Shown piece after piece: positions 27,524 through 38,192 of a stretch of 64,000 nt of DNA. Location of the stretch: positions 704,001-768,000 of the forward strand of contig CAVYTU010000017.1 in the NCBI GenBank assembly GCA_963771465.1, read 5' to 3'. The translations under genes were made by a program, and so were the position numbers. Source of the stretch: an uncultured delta proteobacterium. Lineage in GTDB: Bacteria > Desulfobacterota > Binatia > UBA9968. Below the pieces are notes generated by a model. The model was not told where the DNA came from, ran no database searches, and saw nothing but the letters and a program-made list of their open reading frames with translations. Within the stretch, counting starts at the first letter, position 1. Every line of letters begins with the position of its first letter.

Positions 27524-28264
27524 ATGACTTCCATTTGGTTTCTTCAATTACTGTTACAAGACGGAGTTTCGGTCGCTCAATCCCATGGCATCCTGGATTT
27601 GGTTCGGGGCTCCGGCTTGGTCGTCCAAGCAATTCTCTATCTGCTGGTGCTGTTTTCCGTGGTCAGTTGGGGAATTATCGCGCAGAAGTTTCGTCAGGTT
27701 CGGCGCTCCAAGCGCGAGTCGGAAAAGTTTATCGAAATATTTTGGGAGCGGCGTAATCTTTCGGCGATTCACGACGCAAGCCGTGAACTTTCCGCCAGTC
27801 CCGTCGGTCAAGTGTTTCGTTCCGGCTACGAAGAATTGGTTCGGGTCTCGCGATCCAAGAAGGAATCGGCGTTGGGCGATAATCTGACCACCGAGTTGGG
27901 CGGCATCGATAATGTTTCGCGCGCCATGACGCGAGCGACCAGTGTCGAGATTACCAAATTGGAAAAGCATTGTTCCTTTCTCGCGACAACCGCGAGCTCC
28001 GCGCCGTTTATCGGTCTGTTCGGCACGGTGTGGGGCATCATGAACGCGTTTCGCGGACTGGCTATGACACACTCTTCGAGTATTCAGGCAGTCGCGCCGG
28101 GTATTGCCGAAGCGTTGATCGCCACAGCGGTCGGTCTGGGTGCGGCGATCCCGGCGCTGATGGCTTACAATTTTTTCGTCCAGCAGATCAAAGTCCTGGC
28201 GGTTGAGATGGATAATTTCTCCCATGAATTTCTTAACATCGCCGAGCGTCACTTCTTTAAGTAA
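27524..28264 (+). CDS. tolQ: TolQ
   Basis: 'APFIGLFGTVWGIM', 'VAPGIAEALIATA.GL..AIPA'; tol-pal context. Confidence 0.94.
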   Translation: MTSIWFLQLLLQDGVSVAQSHGILDLVRGSGLVVQAILYLLVLFSVVSWGIIAQKFRQVRRSKRESEKFIEIFWERRNLSAIHDASRELSASPVGQVFRSGYEELVRVSRSKKESALGDNLTTELGGIDNVSRAMTRATSVEITKLEKHCSFLATTASSAPFIGLFGTVWGIMNAFRGLAMTHSSSIQAVAPGIAEALIATAVGLGAAIPALMAYNFFVQQIKVLAVEMDNFSHEFLNIAERHFFK

Positions 28265-28420
28265 TCAAAATAACGGGTATAATTGATCTCGATGCATGGG
28301 GATCGAAGCGACCGGGAGGACCGGTTGGGAATCACGGCGCAGTCACACTTCAGCCGGCCGCTGAGTGGTCCACCATTAAGTAAGATATGATAGAATCGAA
28401 TTCTAAATAGAGAGATTACT

Positions 28421-28843
28421 ATGGCCATGGATTCGTCGTCCCAGCGTAATGGGGCAGCCATCGCACAGATTAACGTGACGCCGCTCGTCGACGTTATGTT
28501 GGTGCTGCTCGTCATCTTCATGGTCACCGCACCCATCATTCAACAAGGCGTACAGGTGAATTTGCCCCAAGGCAAAGCCAGCGCGATACCTGGAACCCAG
28601 GAGCAGTTGGTCGTGACAGTGGATAAGAATGGCAAGACCTATCTTAACGACAATGCCATGTCGCTCGGCGAGCTTGGGGTAAAGCTTCGTGCCATCAACA
28701 AACTGCAAGCCGACAAACAAGTCTATCTGCGAGCGGACCAGGACGTGCGTTATGGTGTAGTCATGAAGACGATCGCAGCGATCAAAGAAGCCGGCATCGA
28801 AAAAGTCGGGATGGTGACCCGGCCGGCTTCCGAGGGAGGATAG
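28421..28843 (+). CDS. tolR: TolR
   Basis: 'INVTPLVDVMLVLLVIFMVTAP', 'LRAD..V.YG.V'. Confidence 0.94.
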   Translation: MAMDSSSQRNGAAIAQINVTPLVDVMLVLLVIFMVTAPIIQQGVQVNLPQGKASAIPGTQEQLVVTVDKNGKTYLNDNAMSLGELGVKLRAINKLQADKQVYLRADQDVRYGVVMKTIAAIKEAGIEKVGMVTRPASEGG

Positions 28844-28849
28844 CGGACC

Positions 28850-29752
28850 ATGGCTGAAGATGGTTCAGCGCCGACGATCAGCTTGCGGGAACGCACTTTC
28901 CCGGCCATGGGTGCCGAAGACCGCCTGCCCAAGTGGCTGACGCTCTCTTTGCTTGGCCATGGCGCCTTGATCGTATGCATGTTCCTGGTTCCCTTGCTGC
29001 CAAGCACGACTCCGCCAGCGTCGCCGGTTTACACGGTCGACCTCATCGGCGGTGAACGGATCGGCCGTAGTAATCTCGGCACGGAGGTGACCCCGGTCGA
29101 GCGATCGACCGCTACGTCCAAGGAAGAATCTTTTAAATCTGAAATCAAAAAGGAAAAAATCGAAAAAGCCAAGGTAGTCGAGAAAAAAGCGCCGCCGGAG
29201 GAAAAACTCGCGCTCAACGAGAAAAAAACCAAAGAACCGATCAAACCGGCGACAAAAGAACAGAAAAATGAAGAAAAGACTGAGACGGCCTCCGCCGATA
29301 GCGTACGCGAACGGCTGATCCAGTCCGCGGCGGAGCGCGCCAAATCGCGAACCGAAGGCAGCCAGAAAGCATCAAAAGGAACAGCGCTTAGTACTGGCGC
29401 CGGCGAGGGCGATGGGGCTGCTGCTTTGGGACCAGGTGGGCGCGGCGGCCCTGGCATTGTCAAAGGCATGGACTTCGTCATCTATCAGAACCGCATGATG
29501 AGCACGATCAAAGAGAACTGGGCGTGGGTGGGACAGCGCAGCAACCTAGCGGTGGTGGTCCATTTCGCGATTAAAGACAACGGCGAAATTGTCGGACTGA
29601 AAGTGGTGCAGCCTTCGGGTGATCAAAGTTATGACGAGTCGGTACTGCGCGCGCTGAAGAAATCCAGCCCGTTGCCGGCTCCGCCGGATGCCTATCGGAA
29701 GGACTTTGCCGACGTGGAGATAACATTCCGCCCGCGCGATTTAGGAGCGTAA
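28850..29752 (+). CDS. tolA: TolA / TonB-like protein
   Basis: TM helix with SxxxH, K/E-rich linker, TonB_C-like end ('SGD..YD.S..RA....SPLP.PP'); between tolR and tolB. Confidence 0.85.
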   Translation: MAEDGSAPTISLRERTFPAMGAEDRLPKWLTLSLLGHGALIVCMFLVPLLPSTTPPASPVYTVDLIGGERIGRSNLGTEVTPVERSTATSKEESFKSEIKKEKIEKAKVVEKKAPPEEKLALNEKKTKEPIKPATKEQKNEEKTETASADSVRERLIQSAAERAKSRTEGSQKASKGTALSTGAGEGDGAAALGPGGRGGPGIVKGMDFVIYQNRMMSTIKENWAWVGQRSNLAVVVHFAIKDNGEIVGLKVVQPSGDQSYDESVLRALKKSSPLPAPPDAYRKDFADVEITFRPRDLGA

Positions 29753-29756
29753 AATT

Positions 29757-31079
29757 ATGCTGTTGAAGGTCTGGTTAGCGGTATTATTTGTCGCCCTGGG
29801 GCAGTCGAGCTTTGCGCTTGCAGCTTCCGCTGTGACCGGTGAGATTGTCGGTCAAGGCGGACAAAAGTTTCCCATCGCGGTTTCGCCGCTAAAAAATTTA
29901 GCTGCGAACACTGCCGACTCAGCTCGTTTATCCACCGGTATTGCCGATGCCATGGTACATGATCTGGAGCTTTCCGGATGGTTTCGCGTTATCGACCGCA
30001 GCGCTTACATCGAGAGCGCGCAGACCAGCGGCATTACGCTCGGTGCTTTCGATTTCAAAGATTGGTCGACCATCGGCGCGGAAGGGCTAGTGAAGGGCGG
30101 TTTTACGGTCCAGGGCGAAGATATCGCGGTCGAGTTGCGGCTTTTTGACGTGTACCAAAACAAAGAGAGGATCGGCAAGCGCTATACCGGCCGGGTCCGA
30201 GACTTTCGTCGCATCGCGCATAAGTTCGTCGACGAGATCATCAACCAATTCACCGGTATTCCCGGAGTGTTCAACACCAGAATCGCATACGTTTCCAATA
30301 GCGGCGGGCGCTTTAAAGAGATCTACGTGTCGCACTTGGACGGCAGCGAGAAGTTTCAGGTCACCGATAATCACACGATCAATTTGTCACCGTCGTGGAG
30401 CGCCGATGGACGGTCGATTCTTTATTCTTCTTTCAAGGAGCGCAATCAAACGCTCTATCTGTTTGAGTTGTTTAGCGGCAAAGAGGTCAAGTTTTCACCT
30501 CGGGTAGCCGGCAGATATCTCAGCGGAAAATTATCCCCCGACGGTCAATCCGTGGTCGCCACCTTCGAGTCGGGCGGTAACACCAATCTGCACCTCTTGG
30601 ATCGCAGCGGCAATCTTATCCGGCGCCTGACCGAAAATCCCGGCATAGAAGTATCGCCGGCTTGGTCGCCGGACGGTAAGCAGGTTGTGTTTGTCTCGGA
30701 TCGGAGCGGCTCGCCACAGCTCTATATATTGGATGTGCAAAGCGGCAAGTCGCGCCGCCTGTCTTATAGCGGTAGCTACAATACTTCTCCTGAATGGTCG
30801 CCCAAAGGAGATCGCATCGTCTACACGGGAAGGGTGGGAAACCGATTTGCAATCTTTTCCATCGCCGCCGATGGCGGCGAACCACGCAAGCTCACGGCGG
30901 AGTCGTCCGATAGCGAAGATCCGACCTGGTCGCCGGATGGCAGGTTCATCGCGTTTTCCTCGAATCGCGCTGGCCGGTATCACCTTTATGTCATGCAAGC
31001 GAGCGGTGAAAACCAAAGAAGATTGACAGGTTCGGGGGGCGATGATACAAAACCAAGCTGGTCCCCTCGATTAGATTAG
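29757..31079 (+). CDS. tolB: TolB
   Basis: TolB_N domain plus repeated 'P.WSPDG' PD40 propeller blades. Confidence 0.95.
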   Translation: MLLKVWLAVLFVALGQSSFALAASAVTGEIVGQGGQKFPIAVSPLKNLAANTADSARLSTGIADAMVHDLELSGWFRVIDRSAYIESAQTSGITLGAFDFKDWSTIGAEGLVKGGFTVQGEDIAVELRLFDVYQNKERIGKRYTGRVRDFRRIAHKFVDEIINQFTGIPGVFNTRIAYVSNSGGRFKEIYVSHLDGSEKFQVTDNHTINLSPSWSADGRSILYSSFKERNQTLYLFELFSGKEVKFSPRVAGRYLSGKLSPDGQSVVATFESGGNTNLHLLDRSGNLIRRLTENPGIEVSPAWSPDGKQVVFVSDRSGSPQLYILDVQSGKSRRLSYSGSYNTSPEWSPKGDRIVYTGRVGNRFAIFSIAADGGEPRKLTAESSDSEDPTWSPDGRFIAFSSNRAGRYHLYVMQASGENQRRLTGSGGDDTKPSWSPRLD

Positions 31080-31140
31080 CTTCCTCTCCAATCCATGTTA
31101 TCGCGCGCAATTTTCAGCTAGACTTGAGGAGGAATTTTTC

Positions 31141-31728
31141 ATGAAAAATTCTCGATTGTTGGGTCGCTTACTTCTCGGGGCGATGATCTTTTTGGCTCAG
31201 TCCTGTGCTCCTGGCACCGGGCCCAAGCCGGTCAGCTCACTGCCGTCCTCCGGTGACGGTTCAAAACCGCCCGGCGATCGTAGCGGCGAAGGGCAGCGCA
31301 ATCCAACCAAGGAAGGGAATACCGACCAGTCAAGTTTGAAACAACTGCAAGAGGGTCAGTCGCCAAAAACACCGGCGTCGAGCCCGCTAAAAGATGTTTT
31401 TTTTGGCTTTGACCGTTACGATTTGAGTGAGGAAGCGCGCAGTATCTTGCGCGGCAATAGCGAGTGGATGAAGACGAATGCCGCGGCACGGGTCGAGATC
31501 GAAGGACACTGCGACGAGCGCGGCACCAATGAATACAATTTGGCCCTAGGCGCCAAACGGGCCCAAGTGGCGCGCGATTATTTAGTGTCCCTTGGAATTG
31601 CCGCCGACCGTTTGTCGACCATCAGTTACGGTGAAGAAATTCCGGTGTGTAAGGAAACCGTCGAAACCTGCTGGTTGCAAAACCGACGTGCCCGTTCGGT
31701 GATTGCATCGGGCAAGCCGGCGTCTTAA
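31141..31728 (+). CDS. pal: Peptidoglycan-associated lipoprotein
   Basis: Lipobox-like 'LAQSC'; 'EGHCDERGT.EYNLALG.KRA', 'SYGEE.P', 'NRR'. Confidence 0.95.
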   Translation: MKNSRLLGRLLLGAMIFLAQSCAPGTGPKPVSSLPSSGDGSKPPGDRSGEGQRNPTKEGNTDQSSLKQLQEGQSPKTPASSPLKDVFFGFDRYDLSEEARSILRGNSEWMKTNAAARVEIEGHCDERGTNEYNLALGAKRAQVARDYLVSLGIAADRLSTISYGEEIPVCKETVETCWLQNRRARSVIASGKPAS

Positions 31729-31753
31729 ATTTTCGGGCAATTAGAGCGTTCAT

Positions 31754-32617
31754 ATGAATGTCAGAACCGTTTATAAATATGCGCTTCTTGTCGGTGCCGG
31801 TTATCTGTCTGCTTGTGTGAATCCGCAACAGGTCGAATTACTGGAGCGCGATCAGCGTCGTTTACGCGGCGATCTGACCACGCTTCAGACCAACATCGAT
31901 GGGGTGCGTAGTAGCCTCGCCGACACCCGCGCCAACATTCAGCAGATGCAGGGCGATTTAAGCGCGATCAAAGAGCGCATTGATGAGACTCGTGTGCAGG
32001 TCGGTCGGCAAATCGGCCAAACCAGCCGCGACGGCGATCAGCGCGTGAAAAACCTTGAAACGCGGTTGGCTAAGATCGAGGAAGAAAGTAAATCGCAGGC
32101 GCAATCGCTCAAAACCAGGGAAGACGAGCTCAAGCAGTTGCGCGAATCAGCTCAGGCGGCGCAGGCCGAACAAGCGGTGCAACAACAAAGTTCACCGACG
32201 AGCGCTGGTTATGCTGAAGCCGCGCAAGCAGCGGAGTCCGACATTGTTCGCCGCGACTACGAAAGCGCCTGGCGCAACTTTGAGAAAAAGGATTACCGGG
32301 TTGCGATTACCCGCTTCAGAGAGTTTCTAAAAAAGCATCAAAAAAGTCGACTGGCACCGAGCGCGCAATTTTGGATCGGTGAATCTCATTTTGCGTTGCG
32401 AGAATTCGACAAGGCGATCGTCGAGTTCGATGAAGTACGGCGCAAATATCCACAGGCCGAGCGGGTGCCTGCGGCACTGCTTCGGCAGGGTTCGGCCTTC
32501 GCCGAATTGGGCGAAAAGCTCAATGCCCGGTTAGTTTTGCAAGAGTTGCTGGAGAAGTATCCCAATTCCGCCGAAGCGCCGCGGGCGAAGCAAAGACTCA
32601 AATCGCTCGAATCGTAA
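31754..32617 (+). CDS. cpoB: Tol-Pal associated CpoB/YbgF
   Basis: Lipobox LSAC, coiled coil, C-terminal TPRs ('AQFWIGE', 'KYP.S..A..AK.RL'). Confidence 0.92.
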   Translation: MNVRTVYKYALLVGAGYLSACVNPQQVELLERDQRRLRGDLTTLQTNIDGVRSSLADTRANIQQMQGDLSAIKERIDETRVQVGRQIGQTSRDGDQRVKNLETRLAKIEEESKSQAQSLKTREDELKQLRESAQAAQAEQAVQQQSSPTSAGYAEAAQAAESDIVRRDYESAWRNFEKKDYRVAITRFREFLKKHQKSRLAPSAQFWIGESHFALREFDKAIVEFDEVRRKYPQAERVPAALLRQGSAFAELGEKLNARLVLQELLEKYPNSAEAPRAKQRLKSLES

Positions 32618-32897
32618 TCAGCCGGTTGCGTCGCACTTTTGAAATCCGTTTCTGCCGCTGAGAGAGCTTTTCCAGTTGGACTATCCTAGTCCGGATGATT
32701 CGCAGTAAAACTGCGATCGAGGTGCAACCGTTGCGGAATCAACATCGTGCCGAGCGCGGAGACCGATCTGAAACATTTGGCCGCCGGTGATTCCTCCAGG
32801 GTCACATCTCGATCAACAGTGTGTCGCCCGGTTTTCTCGTCGCATGAATAATCCGGTCTCGTCCGTTTGCACCGCTGTCGGTTGATCATCAGAGTCA

Positions 32898-33836
32898 ATG
32901 CAGATTTTTCGTCACATCGATGACCCAAGCCTGTCTTTGCAAGGGACGGTAATGACCTTGGGAAATTTCGACGGAATTCATCGCGGCCACCAAGCGCTGA
33001 TCGGCGCCGTGGTGACTGAGGCAAAAAATCTCGACATGGTGTCGCTGGTTCTGACCTTCGAGCCTCATCCCTTGAAAGTGCTCGCACCCGAGCGGGCGCC
33101 GAGAATGCTGCTCGCCCATAAAGATAAAATGCAATTGCTCCAAGCGCTCGGCGTCGATATCGTCGTCATCCAGAAATTCGATTTATCATTTGCCAAGTTA
33201 AGCGCGGCGGAGTTCGTCAGGACGGTTCTGGTGGACCGGCTTAAGGCGCGCAAGATTTGGGTCGGCAAGGACCTAAGGTTTGGGCAGGGACGCAAGGGTG
33301 GGGTCGCCGATTTGGCGCGATGGGGCAGCGAACTGGGTTTTACCGTGGCGACCGTGGAACCCGTTCTCGTCGGCGGCGAGCGCGTCAGTAGTTCGCACAT
33401 CCGTGAGCTTGTCAGTAACGGCCAAGTCGACCGTGTCGAGTCGATGTTGGGCCGCTACTATTTTCTCTCAGGGCGTGTGATCAGCGGCCAGCGGCGCGGA
33501 CGCGATCTCGGCTTCCCGACCGCTAACATATCTACGCGCGCCGAGGTATTGCCACTGGATGGGATTTACGCGACGCTGTTTCAGCTCGGCGAGCGCCAAT
33601 ATTTGAGTGTCAGCAGCATTGGCGTCAATCCGACATTTGGCGCCGGGCCGCGAACGGTCGAGAGTTTTATTCTTAACTTCAACGGAGATATTTACGGCGA
33701 AGCCGTCAACCTGTCGTTTGTTAAGAGAATCCGCGCGGAGCATCGATTTGATTCGGTCGATGGCTTGGTAAGCCAAATCCAGCGCGACGTTGACGACGCC
33801 AAAGCAATATTTGCCGGATTGCGCCTCGACGGATGA
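32898..33836 (+). CDS. ribF: Bifunctional riboflavin kinase / FAD synthetase
   Basis: GNFDG.H.GHQ, TFEPHP, VSSS.IR, G.PTAN and G.NPTF motifs. Confidence 0.96.
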   Translation: MQIFRHIDDPSLSLQGTVMTLGNFDGIHRGHQALIGAVVTEAKNLDMVSLVLTFEPHPLKVLAPERAPRMLLAHKDKMQLLQALGVDIVVIQKFDLSFAKLSAAEFVRTVLVDRLKARKIWVGKDLRFGQGRKGGVADLARWGSELGFTVATVEPVLVGGERVSSSHIRELVSNGQVDRVESMLGRYYFLSGRVISGQRRGRDLGFPTANISTRAEVLPLDGIYATLFQLGERQYLSVSSIGVNPTFGAGPRTVESFILNFNGDIYGEAVNLSFVKRIRAEHRFDSVDGLVSQIQRDVDDAKAIFAGLRLDG

Positions 33837-33860
33837 ACAACGACGCGCGGCAACCCACCG

Positions 33861-34913
33861 ATGATTGTTAATACGCTAGCGATCGATGAAAAGTCAGCGG
33901 GCATGCGGTTGGACGTGTATCTTGCGCACGAATTGGCTGAGTCGGAGACGCGGCCTGGATTTAGCCGCGCGGAAATCCAGCGGCTTATTCTTGAGGGGCA
34001 AATAACCCTCAATGATGTGAAGACGAAACCGAGTGTGCGGCTCAAGGCTAAAGATCGCATCGTGATTCAATGCTTGCCGCCGCGGGAAACTCATATTCAA
34101 GCGGAAGCGTTGGCGTTGGATATTCTCCATGAGAATGCGGACTATCTTGTTATTAACAAAGCGCCGGGCATGGTGGTTCACCCAGCGGCGGGTCGATCGA
34201 CGGGCACGCTGGTGAATGCGCTTTTGCATCACTGTCCGGACCTGGCTGGCATTGGCGGTGAGCGGCGGCCGGGGATCGTCCACCGTTTGGACAAGGAAAC
34301 CTCCGGAGTCATGGTCGTCGCCAAGAATATGTTCGCTTTTCAAAAGCTAGCAGCTCAGTTCAAAAACCGCAGTGTTGGTAAAGAGTACGTGGCGTTGGCA
34401 TGGGGCGAAATCAAGCCCGACGATGGTCGTATCGATCGACCCATTGGGCGGCACCGTTCGGACCGAAAGCGCATGTCGAGCGTGCATTTTATTAATAAGT
34501 TCCGCCAAGCGCAGACGGAGTGGCGCGTTGAGCAGCGGTTCCAGGTAAATGAGGGTAATCGTGTTCATGGCGCGCTGACGCTGTTACGATTGCGGCCGCG
34601 TACCGGACGAACCCATCAGTTACGAGTGCATCTAGCCGATATGGGGCATCCTATCGTCGGCGATAAAATTTATGGCTATAAACGGAAAACCGAGGGTCGC
34701 GCCGGCGCGATCGACCCGATTGTCGAGGGATTTCCGCGCCAAGCGCTCCATGCCGAACGCTTGTCCCTCAATGATGTGCGCAACGGCGAGCGATTAGAGT
34801 TTACTGCGCCATTGGCAGAAGATATGAGAGTGTTATTATGTTATCTGCGCGGCCGTCGAGATGAGATCGGTCATGGCAAAATTTCTCACCTGCGAAAGGT
34901 GCAAAGGGGTTGA
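33861..34913 (+). CDS. rluD: RluA-family 23S rRNA pseudouridine synthase
   Basis: S4 domain, NK.PGMVVHP, GIVHRLDKETSG, TGRTHQ.RVH and QALHA motifs. Confidence 0.9.
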   Translation: MIVNTLAIDEKSAGMRLDVYLAHELAESETRPGFSRAEIQRLILEGQITLNDVKTKPSVRLKAKDRIVIQCLPPRETHIQAEALALDILHENADYLVINKAPGMVVHPAAGRSTGTLVNALLHHCPDLAGIGGERRPGIVHRLDKETSGVMVVAKNMFAFQKLAAQFKNRSVGKEYVALAWGEIKPDDGRIDRPIGRHRSDRKRMSSVHFINKFRQAQTEWRVEQRFQVNEGNRVHGALTLLRLRPRTGRTHQLRVHLADMGHPIVGDKIYGYKRKTEGRAGAIDPIVEGFPRQALHAERLSLNDVRNGERLEFTAPLAEDMRVLLCYLRGRRDEIGHGKISHLRKVQRG

Positions 34914-34938
34914 CAAGGAGTCGGCGTTTCAATAGTAT
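34910..34938 (+). promoter_or_regulatory. Sigma70 promoter for rho
   Basis: TTGACA-17 nt-TAGTAT. The -35 box overlaps the rluD stop codon; about 310 nt of leader follows. Confidence 0.7.
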
Positions 34939-35252
34939 TGAGAAAAGAAAAATTCATTTCAGCAATTTCTTTTACTAATCCCCACACGAATATCGAACTC
35001 ACGCGGCTCTAAGCGTTCAAAAGTTGATTGTTTTTTCTAAAGAGAAATTGGTGCCCGCATCCTGATGCTTGTCGGCCCGGCATGCTTATCCCTACAGCTA
35101 TGTCCAGTGCGACGATGATTTTCCTGCGTTTCTGTCAAAATCCATAGACGGGTACGCCGGCGGATTGGTTTTTTTAAAACTCAACGAAGTTTGCAAATCA
35201 CGCGGCGACTGTTCAAAGCCGCGCTTGGGTAAAAAAAGGGGAGGTACAGTGT

Positions 35253-36557
35253 ATGGTTCGTGGTAGAACTCGTGCTGCCGAGCCGGAGGCCGCCGTCGAA
35301 GACAACAGCTTGAATCTTAAAGAACTCAAGGAAAAGAAGATCGGTGACCTCGCGCTGATTGGCAAGACCTTCAACATTGAAGGCGCCGCCAATATGCGCA
35401 AGCAAGAGCTGATCTTTGCCATCTTGCAGGCGCAGACGGAGCAAAACGGCCATATCTATGGCGAGGGTGTGCTCGAGACGCTACCCGATGGTTTCGGCTT
35501 TTTGCGAGCGCCGGATTACAACTACCTGCCGGGACCTGATGATATTTACGTATCGCCCAGCCAGATTCGCCGGTTTAGCCTGCGCACGGGCGATATTATT
35601 TCGGGCCATATCCGTCCGCCCAAAGAGGGTGAACGCTACTTCGCGCTGCTCAAAGTCGAGACGATTAACTACGAAGACCCGGAGCGGGCTCGAGAGAAGA
35701 TATTGTTCGACAATCTTACGCCGCTCTATCCCAACGAGCGGTTGCGTCTGGAAGCTCAGCCTGACGATTACACGACCCGCATCGTTGACCTGCTCACGCC
35801 CATCGGTAAAGGCCAACGCGGCCTGATCGTCGCTGCGCCGCGCACCGGCAAGACGATGATGTTGCAGCATATCGCCAAAGCGATTGCGCATAATCACAAA
35901 GAAGTGATTTTGATCGTGCTGCTCATCGACGAGCGCCCCGAGGAAGTGACTGACATGCAGCGTTCGGTGGACGGCGAGGTGATCAGTTCGACTTTCGATG
36001 AACCGGCGACTCGCCATGTGCAAGTCGCCGAGATGGTGATCGAAAAGGCCAAGCGGTTGGTCGAACATGGCAAGGATGTGGTTATTCTGCTCGATAGTAT
36101 TACGCGTTTGGCGCGCGCTTATAACACGGTGGTGCCGCCAAGCGGGAAAATACTCTCCGGTGGTGTCGATTCCAACGCGCTGCATAAACCGAAAAAGTTT
36201 TTCGGCGCGGCGCGTAATATCGAGGATGGCGGCAGTCTCACCATCATTGCAACGGCGCTGATCGATACTGGCAGCCGCATGGATGAAGTGATTTTTGAAG
36301 AGTTCAAAGGCACCGGCAACATGGAGGTTCATCTCGATCGGCGCCTAATGGATAAGCGCGTTTTCCCGGCCATCGATATCAACAAGTCAGGTACCCGCAA
36401 AGAGGAGTTGTTAATCGCCAGGGAAGATTTGAACCGCATTTGGATATTGCGCAAAGTGTTATCGCAATTGAGCGTGGTCGACGCGATGGAATTCTTGCTC
36501 GACAAGATGCGCGGCACCAAGACCAATAAGGACTTCCTCGAATCAATGAGCCAATAG
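35253..36557 (+). CDS. rho: Transcription termination factor Rho
   Basis: [39 protein letters not shown] and [11 protein letters not shown] motifs. Confidence 0.98.
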   Translation: MVRGRTRAAEPEAAVEDNSLNLKELKEKKIGDLALIGKTFNIEGAANMRKQELIFAILQAQTEQNGHIYGEGVLETLPDGFGFLRAPDYNYLPGPDDIYVSPSQIRRFSLRTGDIISGHIRPPKEGERYFALLKVETINYEDPERAREKILFDNLTPLYPNERLRLEAQPDDYTTRIVDLLTPIGKGQRGLIVAAPRTGKTMMLQHIAKAIAHNHKEVILIVLLIDERPEEVTDMQRSVDGEVISSTFDEPATRHVQVAEMVIEKAKRLVEHGKDVVILLDSITRLARAYNTVVPPSGKILSGGVDSNALHKPKKFFGAARNIEDGGSLTIIATALIDTGSRMDEVIFEEFKGTGNMEVHLDRRLMDKRVFPAIDINKSGTRKEELLIAREDLNRIWILRKVLSQLSVVDAMEFLLDKMRGTKTNKDFLESMSQ

Positions 36558-36649
36558 TTGCCGCTAGGCGACGCAAACTTGCGTAGGCCGGCGAACTCTG
36601 TTAAAAATCGCACGTTGCCGCGACCCCTAGATGTTGGCGACGATCTGCG

Positions 36650-36684
36650 CAGCGATGCTTTGGGAGCCAGCGAAAGCATCGCTG
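36650..36684. other. Perfect 12-bp stem-loop between rho and rpsB
   Basis: CAGCGATGCTTT / AAAGCATCGCTG; no clear U-tract. Confidence 0.6.
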
Positions 36685-36695
36685 ATTATCAATAA

Positions 36696-36775
36696 TTCAC
36701 ACCCTCTCCGATTGCCGTCGCGGTGCCCAACGGGTGCGGCGGTAAGCTGACGGGAGGGGAGGACAAAACCAAAGG
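36696..36775 (+). promoter_or_regulatory. rpsB (S2) leader RNA element
   Basis: ACAC...GGTGCCC...GGAGG-ACAAAACC layout with CCCTCTCC/GGGAGGG pairing, like the S2 autoregulatory leader. Confidence 0.65.
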
Positions 36776-36783
36776 AGAATCGG

Positions 36784-37560
36784 ATGGGCGACATTTCCAT
36801 GAAACAGTTACTCGAGGCGGGAGTTCACTTCGGCCACCAAACCAGCCGGTGGAACCCGAAGATGAAGCCTTATATTTTCGGCGCCCGCAACGGCATTCAT
36901 ATCATCGACTTGCAGCAAACGGTGACGATGTTCAAGGAATTGGAAGCAGTGGTGCGCGACCTCGCGGCGTCGGGCGGACATATACTATTCGTCGGTACTA
37001 AAAAGCAGGCGCAGGACGCGATTAAAGAAGAGGCGGCACGCTGTGGCATGTTCCATGTGCATAACCGCTGGTTGGGTGGCACGCTGACCAATTTTTCGAC
37101 GATTCGGCAGAGTATCGATCGCTTGCGTAAAATTGAGGAGATGGAAAACGATCCGAAAATCGTCGAGGCGTTGACCAAGAAAGAAATGCTCGGTCTGAGA
37201 CGCGAAAAAGACAAACTTGAGCTGTCGCTCGGCGGCATCAAGACCATGCGCAAGCTCCCCGATGCGATCTTCGTAATCGATCCCAAGCAGGAAGAAATCG
37301 CCGTCAAGGAGGCGCGCAAGCTCGGCATTCCCGTTATCGCCGTGATCGACAGCAATTGCGATCCAGATATGATCGACTACAAGGTGCCGGGCAACGACGA
37401 TGCGATTCGCGCGATTCGACTTTTCTGCTCGGCGATTGCCGAAGCGGTAATCGAAGGCAAAACGATTTACGAGCAATCCCTCGTCAAGGGAAAAGACGAG
37501 GATAGAGCCGCGGAGGTCTCGGCGGCGTCGATGGCGGAAAGCGCCGCGGCGGGAGTTTAG
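36784..37560 (+). CDS. rpsB: 30S ribosomal protein S2
   Basis: [26 protein letters not shown] and [10 protein letters not shown] motifs. Confidence 0.98.
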   Translation: MGDISMKQLLEAGVHFGHQTSRWNPKMKPYIFGARNGIHIIDLQQTVTMFKELEAVVRDLAASGGHILFVGTKKQAQDAIKEEAARCGMFHVHNRWLGGTLTNFSTIRQSIDRLRKIEEMENDPKIVEALTKKEMLGLRREKDKLELSLGGIKTMRKLPDAIFVIDPKQEEIAVKEARKLGIPVIAVIDSNCDPDMIDYKVPGNDDAIRAIRLFCSAIAEAVIEGKTIYEQSLVKGKDEDRAAEVSAASMAESAAAGV

Positions 37561-37565
37561 TTTCG

Positions 37566-38174
37566 ATGGAAGTTACTGCAAGCATGGTCAAAGACCTCCG
37601 GGAAAAATCCGGCGCGGGCATGATGGATTGTAAAAAAGCCCTCGCCGAAACCGGCGGGGACATGCAGAAAGCGTTCGACTATTTACGCCAAAAAGGGCTC
37701 GCCGCGGCGGCCAAGAAAGCCAATCGTGCGGCGAGCGATGGCGCGGTGGGCGCTTATGTTCACGCCGGTGGTAAGATCGGCGTGTTGGTGGAAATCAATT
37801 GCGAAACCGACTTCGTCGCGCGCACGGCTGAATTTCAAGCGTTATTGAAAGACGTTGCCATGCAGATCGCCGCGGCCAGTCCGCTCTGCGTGCGACGTGA
37901 AGAAGTGACCGCAGCCGACTTGGACAAGGAAAGAGAAATCTACCGCCGGCAGGCGTTAGAGTCAGGCAAACCGGAAAAAATCGTCGACAAAATCGTCGAT
38001 GGCAAAATTGATAAATTTTACTCCGAAGTGTGCTTGCTCGAACAATCATTTATCAAAGACCCGGACAAGAAAGTCATCGATGTGGTGAACGATGCCATCG
38101 CCCGGCTTGGCGAGAATATCCAGATTCGCCGCTTCTCGCGCTACCATCTTGGCGAAGGTGTCGGCAAAGAGTAA
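37566..38174 (+). CDS. tsf: Elongation factor Ts (short form)
   Basis: [15 protein letters not shown] and NCETDFVA motifs. Confidence 0.98.
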   Translation: MEVTASMVKDLREKSGAGMMDCKKALAETGGDMQKAFDYLRQKGLAAAAKKANRAASDGAVGAYVHAGGKIGVLVEINCETDFVARTAEFQALLKDVAMQIAAASPLCVRREEVTAADLDKEREIYRRQALESGKPEKIVDKIVDGKIDKFYSEVCLLEQSFIKDPDKKVIDVVNDAIARLGENIQIRRFSRYHLGEGVGKE

Positions 38175-38192
38175 TCGATTGGGTCGGGTTTC

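Noticed and set aside
32618-32897. FMN riboswitch upstream of ribF
   Set aside because: Conserved RFN motifs are absent.
35069-35266. 65-aa ORF in the rho leader
   Set aside because: TTG start without RBS, no motif, and it overlaps the rho start.
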